Shown one piece after another: positions 47,901 to 62,590 of a stretch of DNA of 64,000 nucleotides (position 1 is its first letter; every line of letters starts with the position of its first letter). The stretch lies in contig OZ024750.1 of NCBI GenBank assembly GCA_964016885.1, positions 1,550,001 through 1,614,000 of the forward strand. The letters are read 5' to 3'. Made by a program: the position numbers and the translations under genes. Origin of the DNA: Eledone cirrhosa. Lineage: Eukaryota. The notes beneath the pieces were generated by a model. It was given only the letters and a program-made list of their open reading frames with translations, was not told where the DNA came from and searched no databases.

Positions 47901-48699
47901 ACCACTGCTTAGTGACACCTTTGTAAACATTGTCTGACACACCTGGTGTCTATTTTTAGGGAAAGAGAAAACACATGTAGCGTCACACAACACGTGACAC
48001 ACCACCATCTGTTTTACTTTCTCGGCTCCAGAACTCGAAAAGTAGCCTCGTAGCAGTGAGTGCTTATAGTTTCACCTCATACCTCACCGCAAATTACCAA
48101 ATTATCCTAGACAATAGTTAAATGGAGTAAGAAAATCCCTCTGATATGATGCAAATTTTGCCATTTAACATACTAAACAATATTCGATTTTATCAATTAT
48201 TGTAGTATATATCTGATTGTAACTCCAACGTTTCTGTCACTTCTATACTATCTCCGCTGTGTGTAAAACTAGATTTAAAAGAATAAGTGCGTAAATGAAA
48301 GACAATATTAGAGATAGAATTAAGCTTAAAAAATGAGAAAAATTATTGATGGGAATTGAGGAAAAATACGTGAACAGATTAAATGGTGTGATAAAAGGTA
48401 AATTGAGATATAGCAGAGACGTGGGCTGGAACTTACATTGAATTAATGCAGAGGATACGAAACGATATGTCGCGTCACTCTAGTGTCTCGTCGCTAATCT
48501 GTAGTTGTTTCAAGAAATATGATCAATTTTAAAGGAATATTTGTCTGTGAAATATATTTGAGATCTGACAACACAGCTTTCTTTTAGAAACGAGATTTTT
48601 ACACGTGATACAGTATCATTCATATTTGTATTTTGTTAATTTCGTTTTTTTTTTATTTTGTAAAATGGATATGGTTTTAATGAACAAAACAAAATCTCT

Positions 48700-49140
48700 T
48701 AAAAATAATTGATGTCTTTGGTATCCATGGGAACGAAATGGTATCCAACGTTTGGTTATCATCCAGACAGTCTGTATCTAATTTTCTGATATGTCATTGC
48801 ACCCCAGACACCACAATTTTGTTGAGTAAGTGTGTCTTCATAGTGGATTCAGAGATATTTTGAAGTAATATATTCATATAGACTGTATAAAAATTTATAC
48901 ATTCGATTCTGGCAGACAATTGCCTGATAATTCATTACTCTGTGAGTAGCATTATTTTTTCTTATAAGACATGTTTATCTCAGTATTATCTAGCTTGGGA
49001 TATTTACAAAAACATCATTTTGTGGAAGAGGTTGATACGATATCACCGACGATAGGCCAATATTTGTAGCAGTAGCAAACAGTATTTTACTAGCACTTTA
49101 CTACTTTTCCTAGAATGGTTCCAATGATTTCACCATAGAT
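48700..49140 (-). mobile_element. Decayed Tc1-like transposase fragment
   Basis: VWGAMTY at 48809-48789 resembles the Tc1 VMVWGAxS motif. Confidence 0.4.
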
Positions 49141-49170
49141 ATTGTATTTGTTTATGTAATGTAAGGACGG

Positions 49171-49310
49171 TGCTTATCCCGGCTTTTGGCCTGAAGCGAC
49201 TGAGAGTACAAGACTTCCTCCTGGACAGGGCACCAGTCCATCGCAGGGTTAAGCTCCCAGATATTGCTGGTACTTATTTTGATCTGAGTATACTGGGGCA
49301 ACATGAAATA
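49171..49310 (-). mobile_element. Fragment of a second, conserved-domain SINE family
   Basis: Minus strand AACCCTGCGATGGACTGGTGCCCTGTCCAGGAGG resembles a central motif shared by widespread metazoan SINEs. Confidence 0.55.
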
Positions 49311-49350
49311 GATAGATAGACATAGAGAGAGAAAGGTGGGTATATATATA

Positions 49351-49534
49351 TAATTGTTTCTACTTTAGGCACAAGGCCAGCAATTACCCAGTGCATTACT
49401 GGTACTTTATTTTATCGACCCCGTAAGGATGAAAGGCAAAGTCAACCTCGGCGGGATTTGAACTCAGATCGTAAAGGGACATAACTATGCTGGAAAGCAT
49501 GGCGTCCGACCCTCTACCGATACTGCCAATCCAC
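49351..49534 (-). mobile_element. Full-length tRNA-derived SINE with TSD
   Basis: Complete reverse copy; TGGGTATATATATA occurs at 49337 and 49541. Confidence 0.92.
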
Positions 49535-49542
49535 TGCCCTTG

Positions 49543-49624
<82 letters not shown>

Positions 49625-49631
49625 GAGAGCG

Positions 49632-49699
<68 letters not shown>

Positions 49700-50185
49700 G
49701 TAGATAGACAGACAGATAGATTGGTAAATAGTTAATAATATAGATATTCGGTGAAAAGGAGAAAGGAATAGCTAGAGAATTGTTCAAGCTGTAGGTAAAC
49801 ATTTCTATGTTTTGCTGGCTATAGGGAGTGTGTATATTAATGATGTATACGAAAACTGTCAACGTCTGTCCATTATCAGCTTTGTTTGGTGGTAGAAATA
49901 TTCAAAATGAAATGTCAAAATTTCTGTTTCATCTTTCCTACTAAGAAGGAATCTCATGCAAACATTAATCTGAAGATAATTGACTCAGATGGATGAACGC
50001 AATACGCCGCTAAACAGCATTAAAAACATAGCTAAATACATACACATAAATACATGCAAGTATCATACACACACACATACATACACATATATATATATAA
50101 ACAAATTCAGAAACGATATATATATATATATATATACGTATATGTACGTACGTATATGTATACTTACATTACATATATACAGGCA

Positions 50186-50236
<51 letters not shown>

Positions 50237-50491
50237 GTGCAAGTCTATACACATATTTACGTATATCAAATCGATAAAAATCTAGACGATAATATGATGG
50301 ATATAGAAGATATATATGATCAAAAGTGATTGATGGTTGAGGGTTGTGGTGAGTTACTGTAATATATACAGGTGAGTTTCAAAACAGAGCCTATTTCCAA
50401 ATAAACACTAAACTACAGATTCTCTTGCGTTTGAAGCTTTACTGAAATATATCTATTCAAATCTATATTGACCGTTATATTCATATTTCTA

Positions 50492-50527
<36 letters not shown>

Positions 50528-50572
50528 GTGTCTGCATATGTATATGTTTGTGTGTGTGTTCATATATATATG

Positions 50573-50608
<36 letters not shown>

Positions 50609-50615
50609 TATATAA

Positions 50616-50654
<39 letters not shown>

Positions 50655-51482
50655 TATATATATATATATATATATATATTTCATCGATAAATTTATCATA
50701 GATCTTGGCTTAGATGATCTGCTTTTGAAGGATGTAATCGTCTTAAATCGATCATTTCTACGAGACAACCTTCTCCTTCTTGCTCTTTTTCTTTATTTTC
50801 TTGTTATTTTCTGTGAGTATACAAGTGTGTGTGTGTGTCTGCATACAAGTATACAAGTGTGTGTGTGTCTGTGTGTACGATTTAATATTAAATTTTAGCA
50901 TTTAGCTGAAAGTAAACAACATTGTAGATTCATTTGCTTTTTTATGGTTGAAGTTTCCCTGTGTTCGTTTTTTCAAAGAATAACGAAATGCTTAAAGGTT
51001 TTCATTACACACACTACTATCAAGGAATAAATAATCAGGTGACAGACCCCCTGTGGTTGCCATAGTGCGATATTTCATTATAAAAAAGAGAGTTCGCAAT
51101 GTATGTATTGAAGTAAATGTGGAGTAGCAGTTCGCCATTAAAACACTTTTTAGAAGTAGGGTTTAATAGGACAAAAATCTGATAAATAGTTATAGAGGTT
51201 ATGTTGAGCAAACCAGGAATATGGCATGAGAGCTTTGCATTTATCGATCGAAATAATATTATTCGCTTATACATGGGAACAATAACATTCGAAATTCAGT
51301 TTTTGAATTTCATCTCTGCATTCACCATGGCTAAACAATCCTTCATTGAGACAGCTAATGGCATATTGTCAAATAGGAAGTGAACTATTGTTCATCTAAG
51401 CGTGATATAAATATATGTCCCATGTTCCAGATGGAGGTTACTAGGTATTAACCAGTTGTCTATCAATATCATATCAATTAAA

Positions 51483-51631
51483 CAGTACATTACTGGTACT
51501 TTATTTTATCGACGCTGTAAGGATGAAAGGCAAAGTTAACCTTGGCGGGATTTGAACTCAGATCATAAAGGGAAGTAACTCTATGCTTCAAAGCATGGCG
51601 TCCGACCCTCTACCGATACTGCCAATCCACC
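51483..51631 (-). mobile_element. tRNA-derived SINE lacking its tail
   Basis: Head and core match the other copies. Confidence 0.9.
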
Positions 51632-52139
51632 GGAGTATGCTGGGGTAAGAAATTCGACTATTAACCCAGCCTGATGAAAACTACGCTTCTTACAAACAGC
51701 TCACAATGTTGACGAAAGAAAAATACATATATTTTCATTAGCTCAGCGACATTGAGACTATTAATATTTAAATTTGTGAAAAACTCGATAAGTGCTGCAT
51801 AGTATGAATAAATTAGGTAATGCTGAGATAATTCCTTTAATCTAATATCAGAAGTAGAGAATATATTTTGGATTTCTAACGTGTGAATATTGTTGTACCC
51901 TACACTTGAATAAAATCCACAGGAATACAATATATCTAATGTAAAATATAGAGGAAAACTAACCTAGATATCAACATGGTTATTCTCTTCCAGAATAATG
52001 TGACACTATATAATTGCTTAAACGTTACTAAAATAGCTTAATATAATATTGTGGACTCCTCAGATATTGCTGTCAAATGTTTTCCTTTATACATAATTCA
52101 TGCATTAATGCTAACGTAAAAACATAGTTCGAAGCGTAT

Positions 52140-52620
52140 ATGCTTGTATATATGTGTGTTTGTGTGATTGTATGTATGTAAATACGCATGTATGTGTATA
52201 TGTATGTATGTTTGTATGTTTAGATGCTTACATGTATGTATGTTTGTATGCTTGTATGTATGTATGTAAATACGCATGTATGTATGTATGTATGTATGTA
52301 TGTATGTTTCTATGTATGCACGCATGTATGTACGTATGTATGTATATATATGTGTATGTAAGCATGTATATATGTATGTATACATGTATGTACGTATGAA
52401 TCTATGTATGTTTCTATGCTTGTATGTATGTATATATGTGTTCTATGTATAGACGTATGTATGTATGTTTGTATGTATGTATGTGTATATGTATGTATGC
52501 ACGTATGTACGTATGTATCTATGTATGTTTGTATGCTTGTATGTATGTATATATGTTTCTATGTATACATGTATGTATGTATGTTTGTATGTATGTATGT
52601 ATGCACGTATGTATGAATAC
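52140..52620. repeat. Degenerate (TATG)n tract
   Basis: Directly visible. Confidence 0.95.
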
Positions 52621-53390
52621 ACACACGCCGCGCATGTGTATGTGTGTGTGCATGTGTTTAATCGTTTAAGCGCGTGTCTAGATGTGTATAGAGTTAAGCG
52701 CGTCGTTTGAAAATATCTTTACTAATAAAGGATGAAAATTGTTGAATGAACTACTTTCAATCATTTTTATTGTTGATACACATTAAAAGAACCAAGTGCC
52801 ATTGAGATGAAAGCACATCTCATACAAATAACCTGCTATTAACTGAAATGGAATTTAGAGACGTAAAAGAACAAGAGAATCGAGTCTTTTGTTAAGCGTC
52901 GATACCATGTGACCTCATGTTTTATGGAGAATTATTTATTTATTTTATGTTTATATGTATTTATTTTATTTACCTCTGTGCTAGTACGCTTCTTTTATTT
53001 CGTATTTAGTATCAAATAATTTATGTCCGCCACAATTAACGTTTATCATCAATAGCTATTTCTAATGTGAAATAGATTGATTATGCTTTATGATTGTGTG
53101 CATATCATGCTTGGTTTTTGCCTCATAAAATATATTCTATTGCCTGACAGAAATGGCTGCATTTTGTAATTAATTTTATATTATTTGTGCTTGTTATACT
53201 TCAGTTTAACACTTTCACAATAAACGTATTTATATCTGCAGAGAAATTCATTTCCCCATAATTTCATATATTCTCACACAATACAAACTTTTAACGAAAC
53301 TGCGAGAATTGCTTATGTAAACAGAAAATTATGCAAATTAATACCTCCAGTTCTCTTGTTTTGTCATATCTAATGGATATATAATGGTTA

Positions 53391-53609
53391 CGTGTTTCTC
53401 CGGGCAAACATGCTTCAAAGGACAGAGACCAGCGGCTCGTGAAAATACTTCTCCTTGTGCTCCTCCGCTTTCAATCTTTCCTATACTTCATCTGTCCGTC
53501 ACCCACCTTGTGGATTGTCTCTCTGTTGACCACGGATCGCTGGTCTCTGGCCTCTCAGGCATGTTTGCCCATCGCTGTCTTTGACAGCATTTAGCTCCAG
53601 AGAAACACG
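53391..53609. repeat. GC-rich imperfect palindrome / long hairpin
   Basis: CGTGTTTCTC/GAGAAACACG, GGGCAAACATGC/GCATGTTTGCCC and CAGAGACCAGCG/CGCTGGTCTCTG are nested perfect complements. Confidence 0.85.
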
Positions 53610-53634
53610 ATTCATCACTTAGCCGTAATAAAGA

Positions 53635-53750
53635 GAGTTCAAATCCCGCCAAGGTTAACTTTGCCTTTCATCCTTACGGGGTCGATAAAATAAAGTACCA
53701 GTAATGTACTGGGATAATTACTGGTCTTGTGCCAAAAGTAGAAACAATTA
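53635..53750 (+). mobile_element. 5'-truncated tRNA-derived SINE
   Basis: B box, core and tail. Confidence 0.9.
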
Positions 53751-54915
53751 TATATATATATATATATATAACATATGTGACGCTATAAAAGAAATTATTT
53801 TTAAAAATGAAAATACAAACGGACACAGAACCCCAGGTTCATGGACCGTTGCGGTGGACTTTAGCTGATTCGACCCCTACTAACTGTAATGCTAGTTCGC
53901 CCGGGGCCACAGCATCTGACACACGCCAAACGCTGTAGAGTGGAGTAAGAGACGAAGGACAAATCATTAATTTAAGACAATTAGGCTACAAGTACACACA
54001 CACACACTTAAATATATATATATATATGAATACATATATATTTGGGTGTATATATATGAATACATATATATATTTGGGTGTATATATATATGAATACATA
54101 TATATATTTGGGTGTATATATATGCGTGTGTGTGTATGTCCATGTCTATGTCTGTTGTTTTGTTTGTTTATACAAAACACACATACCCTCCCTCTATTTA
54201 CCTTTTAAGTTTGTTTTTTCTTCTAATATTTCCCCTTTTGTCTTCACCATTCGATTAACTATTGTTGTTACATAATAGAGATGAAAAAAATCTACCCCAG
54301 TAGTGGAAAACTGCTTTTTTATCGATCTGAAAAGCATGAAACATAAAGTTGACTTCGGCAGGAATTGAACTCAGAATGCAGGGAGCCGAAACGATTATTT
54401 TAAAGCTGAGGAAATGCTTGAACACCCTAACCTCTCACTTAAGCTTTTATATATTTCAGCGACTACATGCTTAATTGAGGTGTCGGTAGAAATGCAATAT
54501 AACTACTGTCTGAGACACTGCTTAACTTTTCCCCAAAATAAATCTGGAAAATGTATCTGGCGTCTGAGATGTATTAATCATTATTTTAAATTTATTTATT
54601 TATTTATTTTTGCCAAATTTGCAAACACAAAATCGATATGTACACACAGCGTCAACGCGCGTAATGCTTACTTGGAAATAAATACACTACTCAGGGGAGA
54701 GAATCAGCCTATTTTTTCACTGTAGTAGCGTCCCTCAAGTAGTAAGCTGATTTGCTTTTATAAGTTGCTTTTAATAAATTAAAAAAATCATCTGTAAATT
54801 TCTATAAGCTACTGTACTAAAGCAGAAAACAACAACACTGAACAATTATCAATTTGTTTCTAATTCTGTATTTAGATTTTTAGAGGTTAAAATTATGAAG
54901 TTCTAGAAAAATATA

Positions 54916-55050
54916 CAGCAATTACCCAGTGCATTACTGGTACTTTATTTTATCGACCCCGTAAGGATGAAAGGCAAAGTCAACCTCGGCGGGATTTGAA
55001 CTCAGATCGTAAAGGGACGTAACTATGCTGGAAAGCATGGCGTCCGACTC
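54916..55050 (-). mobile_element. Truncated tRNA-derived SINE with TSD
   Basis: GAAGTTCTAGAAAAATATA occurs at 54897 and 55051. Confidence 0.9.
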
Positions 55051-55971
55051 GAAGTTCTAGAAAAATATAATGAAGTTAAAATTATCAAGTTCTAGAAAAA
55101 TATGTACAATGTTCTGATTCAATTGAAAATGTTCTTAGACATTACCGTTCCGTTCCGAAGAACCAGTGTATACACCCCAGGTTTTATGGTAATTATTTCT
55201 CCTTCGTGTTCAATTCCTGATAAGTTCTAAGTATTTCCAAGATAGATGTAAATCTTATTGTATCATCCATTCTAAATATTTATATTAATGCAAAGGTGTG
55301 AACCTACAGCCCCAGTGACGTATAAGGTGCTTTAAACAATGTAAAGTGGCTGTAATGCGCTCTGAAATTATTTTTCCTTTATTTTATTAAATCTACAATC
55401 TTGTAGTAAAATCTTGACAAGAGGAGATTCAAAGTCAAAATCGCTTTATGTAGGATAAAAGGTAAGCTACATTCATGTGTGTCTATCTCTATAAAACATA
55501 TTATGTGGCTCGTTATAATTTATTACAGAAACGTTCTTCAGCTTGAAAGGTTTGCCCACCTTTGTCTAAAATATGACAGAGATTTCACCCCACTCGGTTG
55601 CGCCTTTACTTCTCATTTTGTTTTGTACTTATAAAATATTTAATAAGGTACAAAATAAAATTGTGTACTGTTGATAATAGTTAAACTGCTCAAATCTTTC
55701 TTATCTTTCAGCAAGTTAATTCTTCATTTATATTTATTTTCTCCTAAGCTATGAGTGCATATCCCTCGGTAGAAAGATTCCAATAGTAAGGAAAAGATGA
55801 TAATTAATTTTAAAATTTAATATCAAAATATTAATTATACTTGCTCCAAAAGAAAAAGAATGAAAAGCTGTTTATTTCTATTTACTTTTCAATTCTTATT
55901 TCTTATATACAAAAGTGATTGCAGGATTATTGTATTATCAATGTTTATTTCTTATTTTATACATTCATATG

Positions 55972-56130
55972 AAGGCGGTGAATTGGCGGAGTCGTTAGAA
56001 TGTCGGATAGAATGCTTTGTGGTATTTGATTCTACTCTCTTTGTTCAAATCCCACCGAGGTCTACTTTACCTTTCATTCATCCGAGGTCGATAAAAAGTA
56101 CTACTGAAGTACCAGGGTCGATTCTTCCTC
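55972..56130 (+). mobile_element. Older SINE subfamily copy
   Basis: AAGGCGGTGAATTGGCGGAGTCGTTAG head and GTTCAAATCCCACCGAGGTC core. Confidence 0.75.
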
Positions 56131-56959
56131 TATATATCTCTTTCTCACTTCCATTCCCTCAATCATTATTATTCCCTGAACGAAATCTACTGTGTTCAGT
56201 CCTGGAGAGTATTGGGCTAGAAATTGCCCTAGAAACGCCGTATGTCAATACATCGCCCCTACGACTCCCTTAAGAGTTAAGGGACTATGCTTGCATGCAT
56301 TCATATTGCCTGCCTGGACCGGAAGAAAGGACTGGGTTCTTCACAACCTCCTAGAGATTAATGCAGTTCAGATTCCTGCTGATCAGTTACAAGTCGAAGT
56401 TTGCAAGACAAACGCACTCAAGGAGGGAACCCCAGAGATCCGACGATATGAATAGGAAGAAATTAAGGGTGTAGTTAGTGTGTGGTTGTACGGTGTGGAT
56501 GAGGGATCGAGAAATAACGAATGAGTTGTGAGACCCTGATAGGAGGTGAATTGAGATTAGTGAGTTCCGAGGAACAAAGGTCATTGTAGTAGCAATAGGA
56601 AAGACAGAGACGGGGAAGATAACACATAGTGTGTTTGTGGGGGACTTCATATAAATTAATCAATGGCCGTTCTCAGTGTAATGTATAGGATTTCTGTACA
56701 GGGAACAGCAGCATCTTAAATGTGGGAATAGTACTTCATTGTGAGTTTCCCCTGGGGAGTGCCAATATTTGGAAATTTGCCTTCGATAATAAACTGCTAG
56801 CTGTGTTTGTGGCATGAAGTTGCAGGTTTTAAAATTCATACATTCGTCCATTCTGCTGTGAAATTGTAAACGAAGACGAGAAAAGAAAATGAAAGGGAGA
56901 AAACACAAAGAAGGATCAAGCGACGAAAGATAGGGAGAGTGGTGGTGGTGGTGGTAGGG

Positions 56960-57097
56960 CACTCACTGTGGTATTTGTGAGTGAGAGTGGGGCGGGGCAG
57001 TCACCGTGATATTTGTGAGTGGGAGTGGGCTGTCACTGTGTTATTTGTGAGTGAGAGTAGGGGGAGGGGCAGTCACTGTAGTATTTGTGAGTGAGTG
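56960..57097. repeat. ~35-40 bp minisatellite, 4 copies
   Basis: TCACTGTGGTATTTGTGAGTGAGAGTGGGG.. units. Confidence 0.85.
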
Positions 57098-57690
57098 TTA
57101 CCGGAGTGTTTGACCTAAGCGATTTATTTATTTCTTGTTGCTATTACAATTTGTGTAATTTCCCTTCATGGGAGTGTGTTAATGGCAGAACCAGTAATTA
57201 TTTATATATTTATGGGTGACATAAAATAATAACTCTTCAAGTAACTTCCAAAACATGCAGCATGATAGTTTCAACAGTAAAAGTACGACGAAATTTCTTT
57301 ACCTTTTATAATATAAAATATTGTCAGTATTTTAATTTTTTATTTTTAATGGTTTTTATGATTTCCAAAGAGCTAGTATGATTCTTCAGTGATATAAATA
57401 TTTCAGTCACAACATACAACATACTAAATCATATCACAAGCCACTTGATACAAGAGCATATATATATAATTGGTAACAGAATCAGGTGGTAATGAGAGAG
57501 ATGTAAGAGGAAAGATAGAATAAGATGTATAGGGTGTAGAGGAACGCGAGAAAGAGTGTAAAAATAATAACCCAAGATAGAGTTACATTGGAAGTGATTT
57601 AATTGTCCCTATATTTCGGATTTCGCATCCATCAGCTGGCGGTTTTCGGAGAGGGAAAGTTTTTAGTCGTAGCCTCTGTTGTCTATCGTG

Positions 57691-57753
<63 letters not shown>

Positions 57754-59160
57754 GAAGCATTTTACATATGAGAGTATCCAAGGGGACATAACGTAATTGC
57801 GTTGCAATGGCTAGCACTTTAAAGTTATCTTAATTGGGTATATATCCTAACTATTAAACATTCCTAACTTTTTAAGGAACAGTATTTGTTGTACGTATGT
57901 TGTGGTGTGGTAAGAATGTTAATATGTTGGAGTTCTTTTTCTTTCAACAAGTTTTGCAATGTGTTTGGAACAATAAATTTCTAAATCCATCATAAACGTT
58001 GCTTGACCTTTGCAATCCTTCCAAGATAACATAATTTTGGCATGTATGCTGTTATTTATAGTAGGTTGGGCCAATGAAATCGGTGAGGATATTATCGCCA
58101 GAGTTTGAATTTTGAACGTTAGATTTTGAGGTTAACAGCAAGGTACCTATAAATGTTTATAACTCTTTCTTAGTGTTCCTATTCTTCTTTTGGATTTTGT
58201 TATACTGTGAGCATTCGTTCAATCATTGTCTACATTTTGTTTAGAATTCTGGGAAGTATAGGTGTGTTGTCCACTGTTTATCTATCCAGATTTGTTTTCT
58301 TATTGCATTGTAATTGCTCCAAGCCATGTTTCCATGGCCACTCACCGGGACAGTGGCACTAATCTTATTAACAATATAACAGTCATATAGATTACAGTTT
58401 CAATCTGCAATGGAAATGTTGATTCGAATGTTGCTCTCGAGTTTAACAAATTTTTAGTGTTTTTCTATTTTTATTAAAACACACGCAAACATACACATAG
58501 GCCCAGACACACACACACATGCATGATAAAGATTAAGACTATATATATCACATATCAATTTACTTTTGTGTTATGCAGTTTGACGGAGGGTAAAGTCCTG
58601 CCTCACAACACATCAGCCAGGTTTCTGTACTGTAACAATTCTAAATCAATGGGGTTTACTTTTCTTTGGGCACAGACAAAAAAATGAATTTACTTAACAG
58701 GTTCAAATCTCCCTTAGTTCTTGTCAGTGATAGAATACTATTTGATCTACACATGGAAAAAATATATAGCTAATAGCTATATCATGAAATGTAGTGAGGT
58801 TGCTAACCAATTAGGAAATTTTCAGAAATTGCTATGAAGAATGTGTATTGAAATTCATTAATTAATTTATTATGTGCTAAACACTTTTCATTCAGCGTTG
58901 TCTGTGTTGCGTGGAAGAGAACTCCACACCACCACCACCACGACACCACACTTTTTAATACAACGCCCCCCCCCTCCCTCGCTGTATTGTGATAATTGGA
59001 AGCAAACGCCTGCTGTGTCTTCGTGGATGGAAAAAAAATATTTCTCCCCGTGGAAAGATCAAGTAGAATTGTATCTCTAATTAGATTCAAATAGGCTTGA
59101 AACATGTCCGGAAGATCTCTTTTTGTCTATCCACTTGTACGTCTTCTCTTAAATTCTATG

Positions 59161-59450
<290 letters not shown>

Positions 59451-59577
59451 TATATATATATATAGAGAGAGAGAGAGACAGATAGATATATACCTGGGAG
59501 TGTATCTATCTATATATATGTCCATGTTCGTACATACACATATAGGGAGATTGGAAGAGAGAGAGAGAGAGAGATAG

Positions 59578-59675
<98 letters not shown>

Positions 59676-61604
59676 TGAGACATAAATATACAAACATAAA
59701 AAAAACAAGAAGATTTACTGAGACCTCTTGATCTTTCCGAACATCAGCTTTACTATTATTCAATTGTTTTAATTAATCAATTGACATTTCAACAATAATT
59801 ATTTTCTTTGTTAATTAATAAAACAAAACTTACCTCATTCCTTGATGTTTTGTATCTATTTGCATCTGTATATCTATATATTTTCCAATAACTAAACACA
59901 TGCATACAATTTGGTTTCAAACTGAACATACATTAAATATATAATTATTATAATAATTCTTCATAAAATAAATACAGGAGAAAATAGCGCAAATTTATAA
60001 AAATTATTTATTGATAAATAAAAGTAAATTCCTCAATTCCTTGCTTTAGAAGAGTTTATCAAAAGTTGTGGAGTAAATCACAAAAGGAAGCAAGTTGAAA
60101 TAACCTCTGTTCAAAGATATGAACAACAATCATTGTGGTAATAGAATTGAAAATTTGTCACATTAAATCATTTTGTTTTGTTTTTAGAACAATTGGGTTA
60201 TCTGCAGGGAGCATATAGTTGCCAAGGTATCGGGACAATTTGTAAAGAACCCAATCGTGTAGCCACTACACTGCCTGACACTACAGCATGAGATAACAGT
60301 GTAGTAGTATATTGTATATGTAATTGTCTCGATTGTGGTGGTGTGAAGTGCATGTACTGTGCATCTGTATTTTGTATATTTGTAATGCTGTTGTTGTACA
60401 ACGTAAATTTACTATAGTACAAGTGTTTATAGTGTTTGTTATATCATTAACCGAATGAATGGCTGATCGTATTATATGTTATAGTATGTGAATAATATAT
60501 TGCATAGATTGTGACCAGCTTATTGTAAAATACATGTGCAAGTATTCTTATAGTAAATGGATACCTGGGCATTTAGTGTTTAGGAACTTATCGATGATGT
60601 ATGGCAGTAGCTGGCAGGATATTATGAATAGAATCGATAGAATTAGATACGAGCTGCTAGCATTGAGTTTTGTGTACTGCCAGCAATGTGCTACTAGGGA
60701 AGGTAATGATAAAACATTGCAATGTGTTACTTGAGTAGTCAGAGACGTGGTACTTGCGCAGATGGCTGTGTAATATAGGGACAGCTTGCTGTGTGGCATA
60801 TTTGTAGCTGGTTGATTGCTATGTGAGCATATTTCAGTATGTGATATGATCAGCTGGCTCTGTTGGATGTGGAAAAATCTAGCTGTTGTATGACAACCGT
60901 GTAGCCTGGCTATATTTTAGAAGTATGTGTATAACAACACCAAGGATAGCATGCATAAAAAGTCGATAAAAAAGGGGGAAAATAACAACTTATTGTGTGC
61001 TTACGTCATAAACTGTATGGATTTTATAAAAGCAAGCAAATGTAGGCTCAGTCTTTTGCTGGTTGATTATAGGCAGCAGTGGTTTTGGAAAACGGTAAAG
61101 CAGGCTTTTGTACAGTCTGAATATAAATGTTACCAGATAAATTTAAATTACACAAATTAATACTTGAATTAGTGAGACGAAAGGTGAATATATTTTTAAT
61201 AACATATTTAAATAAAATATATTACCACCAATATCAACAAAGCAAATTCAAGGTTTAATCCGCAAACCATGTTTTCAATGTACATATTGTAAATGGCTGG
61301 AATTGTTACAAATATTCAACTAATTAGATGATGCTTTTATCCTCTTATTAATTTGGTTTTCAGTTTCATTAACAAAGAACAAAAAATATTAAAATACTGC
61401 CTAAATTATATTTAACATATATTACAATTACTGTTTGAATAGTTGTGAAAAATGAGGAAAAACATTATTACGAATGACAATAATTACAATGAGTACTTAA
61501 CATAATAATGATAATAATAATAGTAATAATAAATATACATCACACATATATATATACATATGTATTAGAATATATATACATATATATATTTATATATGAA
61601 TATA

Positions 61605-61723
<119 letters not shown>

Positions 61724-62149
61724 ATGTGTTTGTATGTATGTATATACGTTGAAGGTATTAATGTGTGTGTGTAGGTGTTAGAAATTGCAGTACACGCAAC
61801 AATACAAATATTGTTAAACCAGAGAAACAACATAACAGAATTATAATAATTTAATAGTAAAACATTAAACAATTAATGACTGAGCGAGTGAACAATAAAC
61901 ATCTCTTTATCTCGTTGGTGAAGAATAGCCGTGTATCTATCATAATGATCATCATCACGATAATCAATACGGTGTTATACTGAAATGTTATAATATTCTT
62001 ATGTTTGATCAGGCTAATTATTTGCGATTATTATTTTATCTGGTCCGTTAATCAACCTTTTGCAACTCGAAAAAACTGAAAAGGGGATTTCAATCGTAAG
62101 AACATAGTAACTCCTATTTTCAGTTCAATTTATTGGAACATCTTTCATA

Positions 62150-62590
62150 TCTAACACAATCATCCCATTGTTACCACTACCGCTAGGTATAATGTTCAAT
62201 CTTATTCCAAACCTTAGCTAATTAATTGACGAGCTTCCTCTGTGGTGTAAGTCTGAACATCAGCAACAATAACAGAAATACATCGGTAATTAGAACATAA
62301 ACTGCAATACAAATGAATGCCTTCTCTACAAATGTCATGTTCACATCATGGCTTCGTTAATAATAGGAATAAGTAGATTGCGTTAGAGATATGATACCTT
62401 ATTGCAACTATTCTCTGAGATTTGTGACTATATTAAATAATTAACTCGCTAAAATGTATTCAAGAAATTACCACTAATTTTAAAGAATTGGAAAATTCTT
62501 TAAACGAAGTTATAAAATTTAGATCGAAATTGTTTCATAGAAACTGTGATGTCTTCGCGGATATTTTCGTTTGTATTTATTCTCTAAGGT
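62150..62590 (-). pseudogene. Possible decayed von Willebrand factor A domain
   Basis: Restoring one G at ~62281 gives AVYVLITDGISVIVADVQTYTTEEARQLIS*GLE, followed by NIIPSGSGNN, similar to the vWA TDG...EA..L...G..I..IGVG segment. Confidence 0.3.

Noticed and set aside
56192-56455. 87-aa ORF with ordinary composition
   Set aside because: No recognisable motif or splice support; may be a retroelement fragment.
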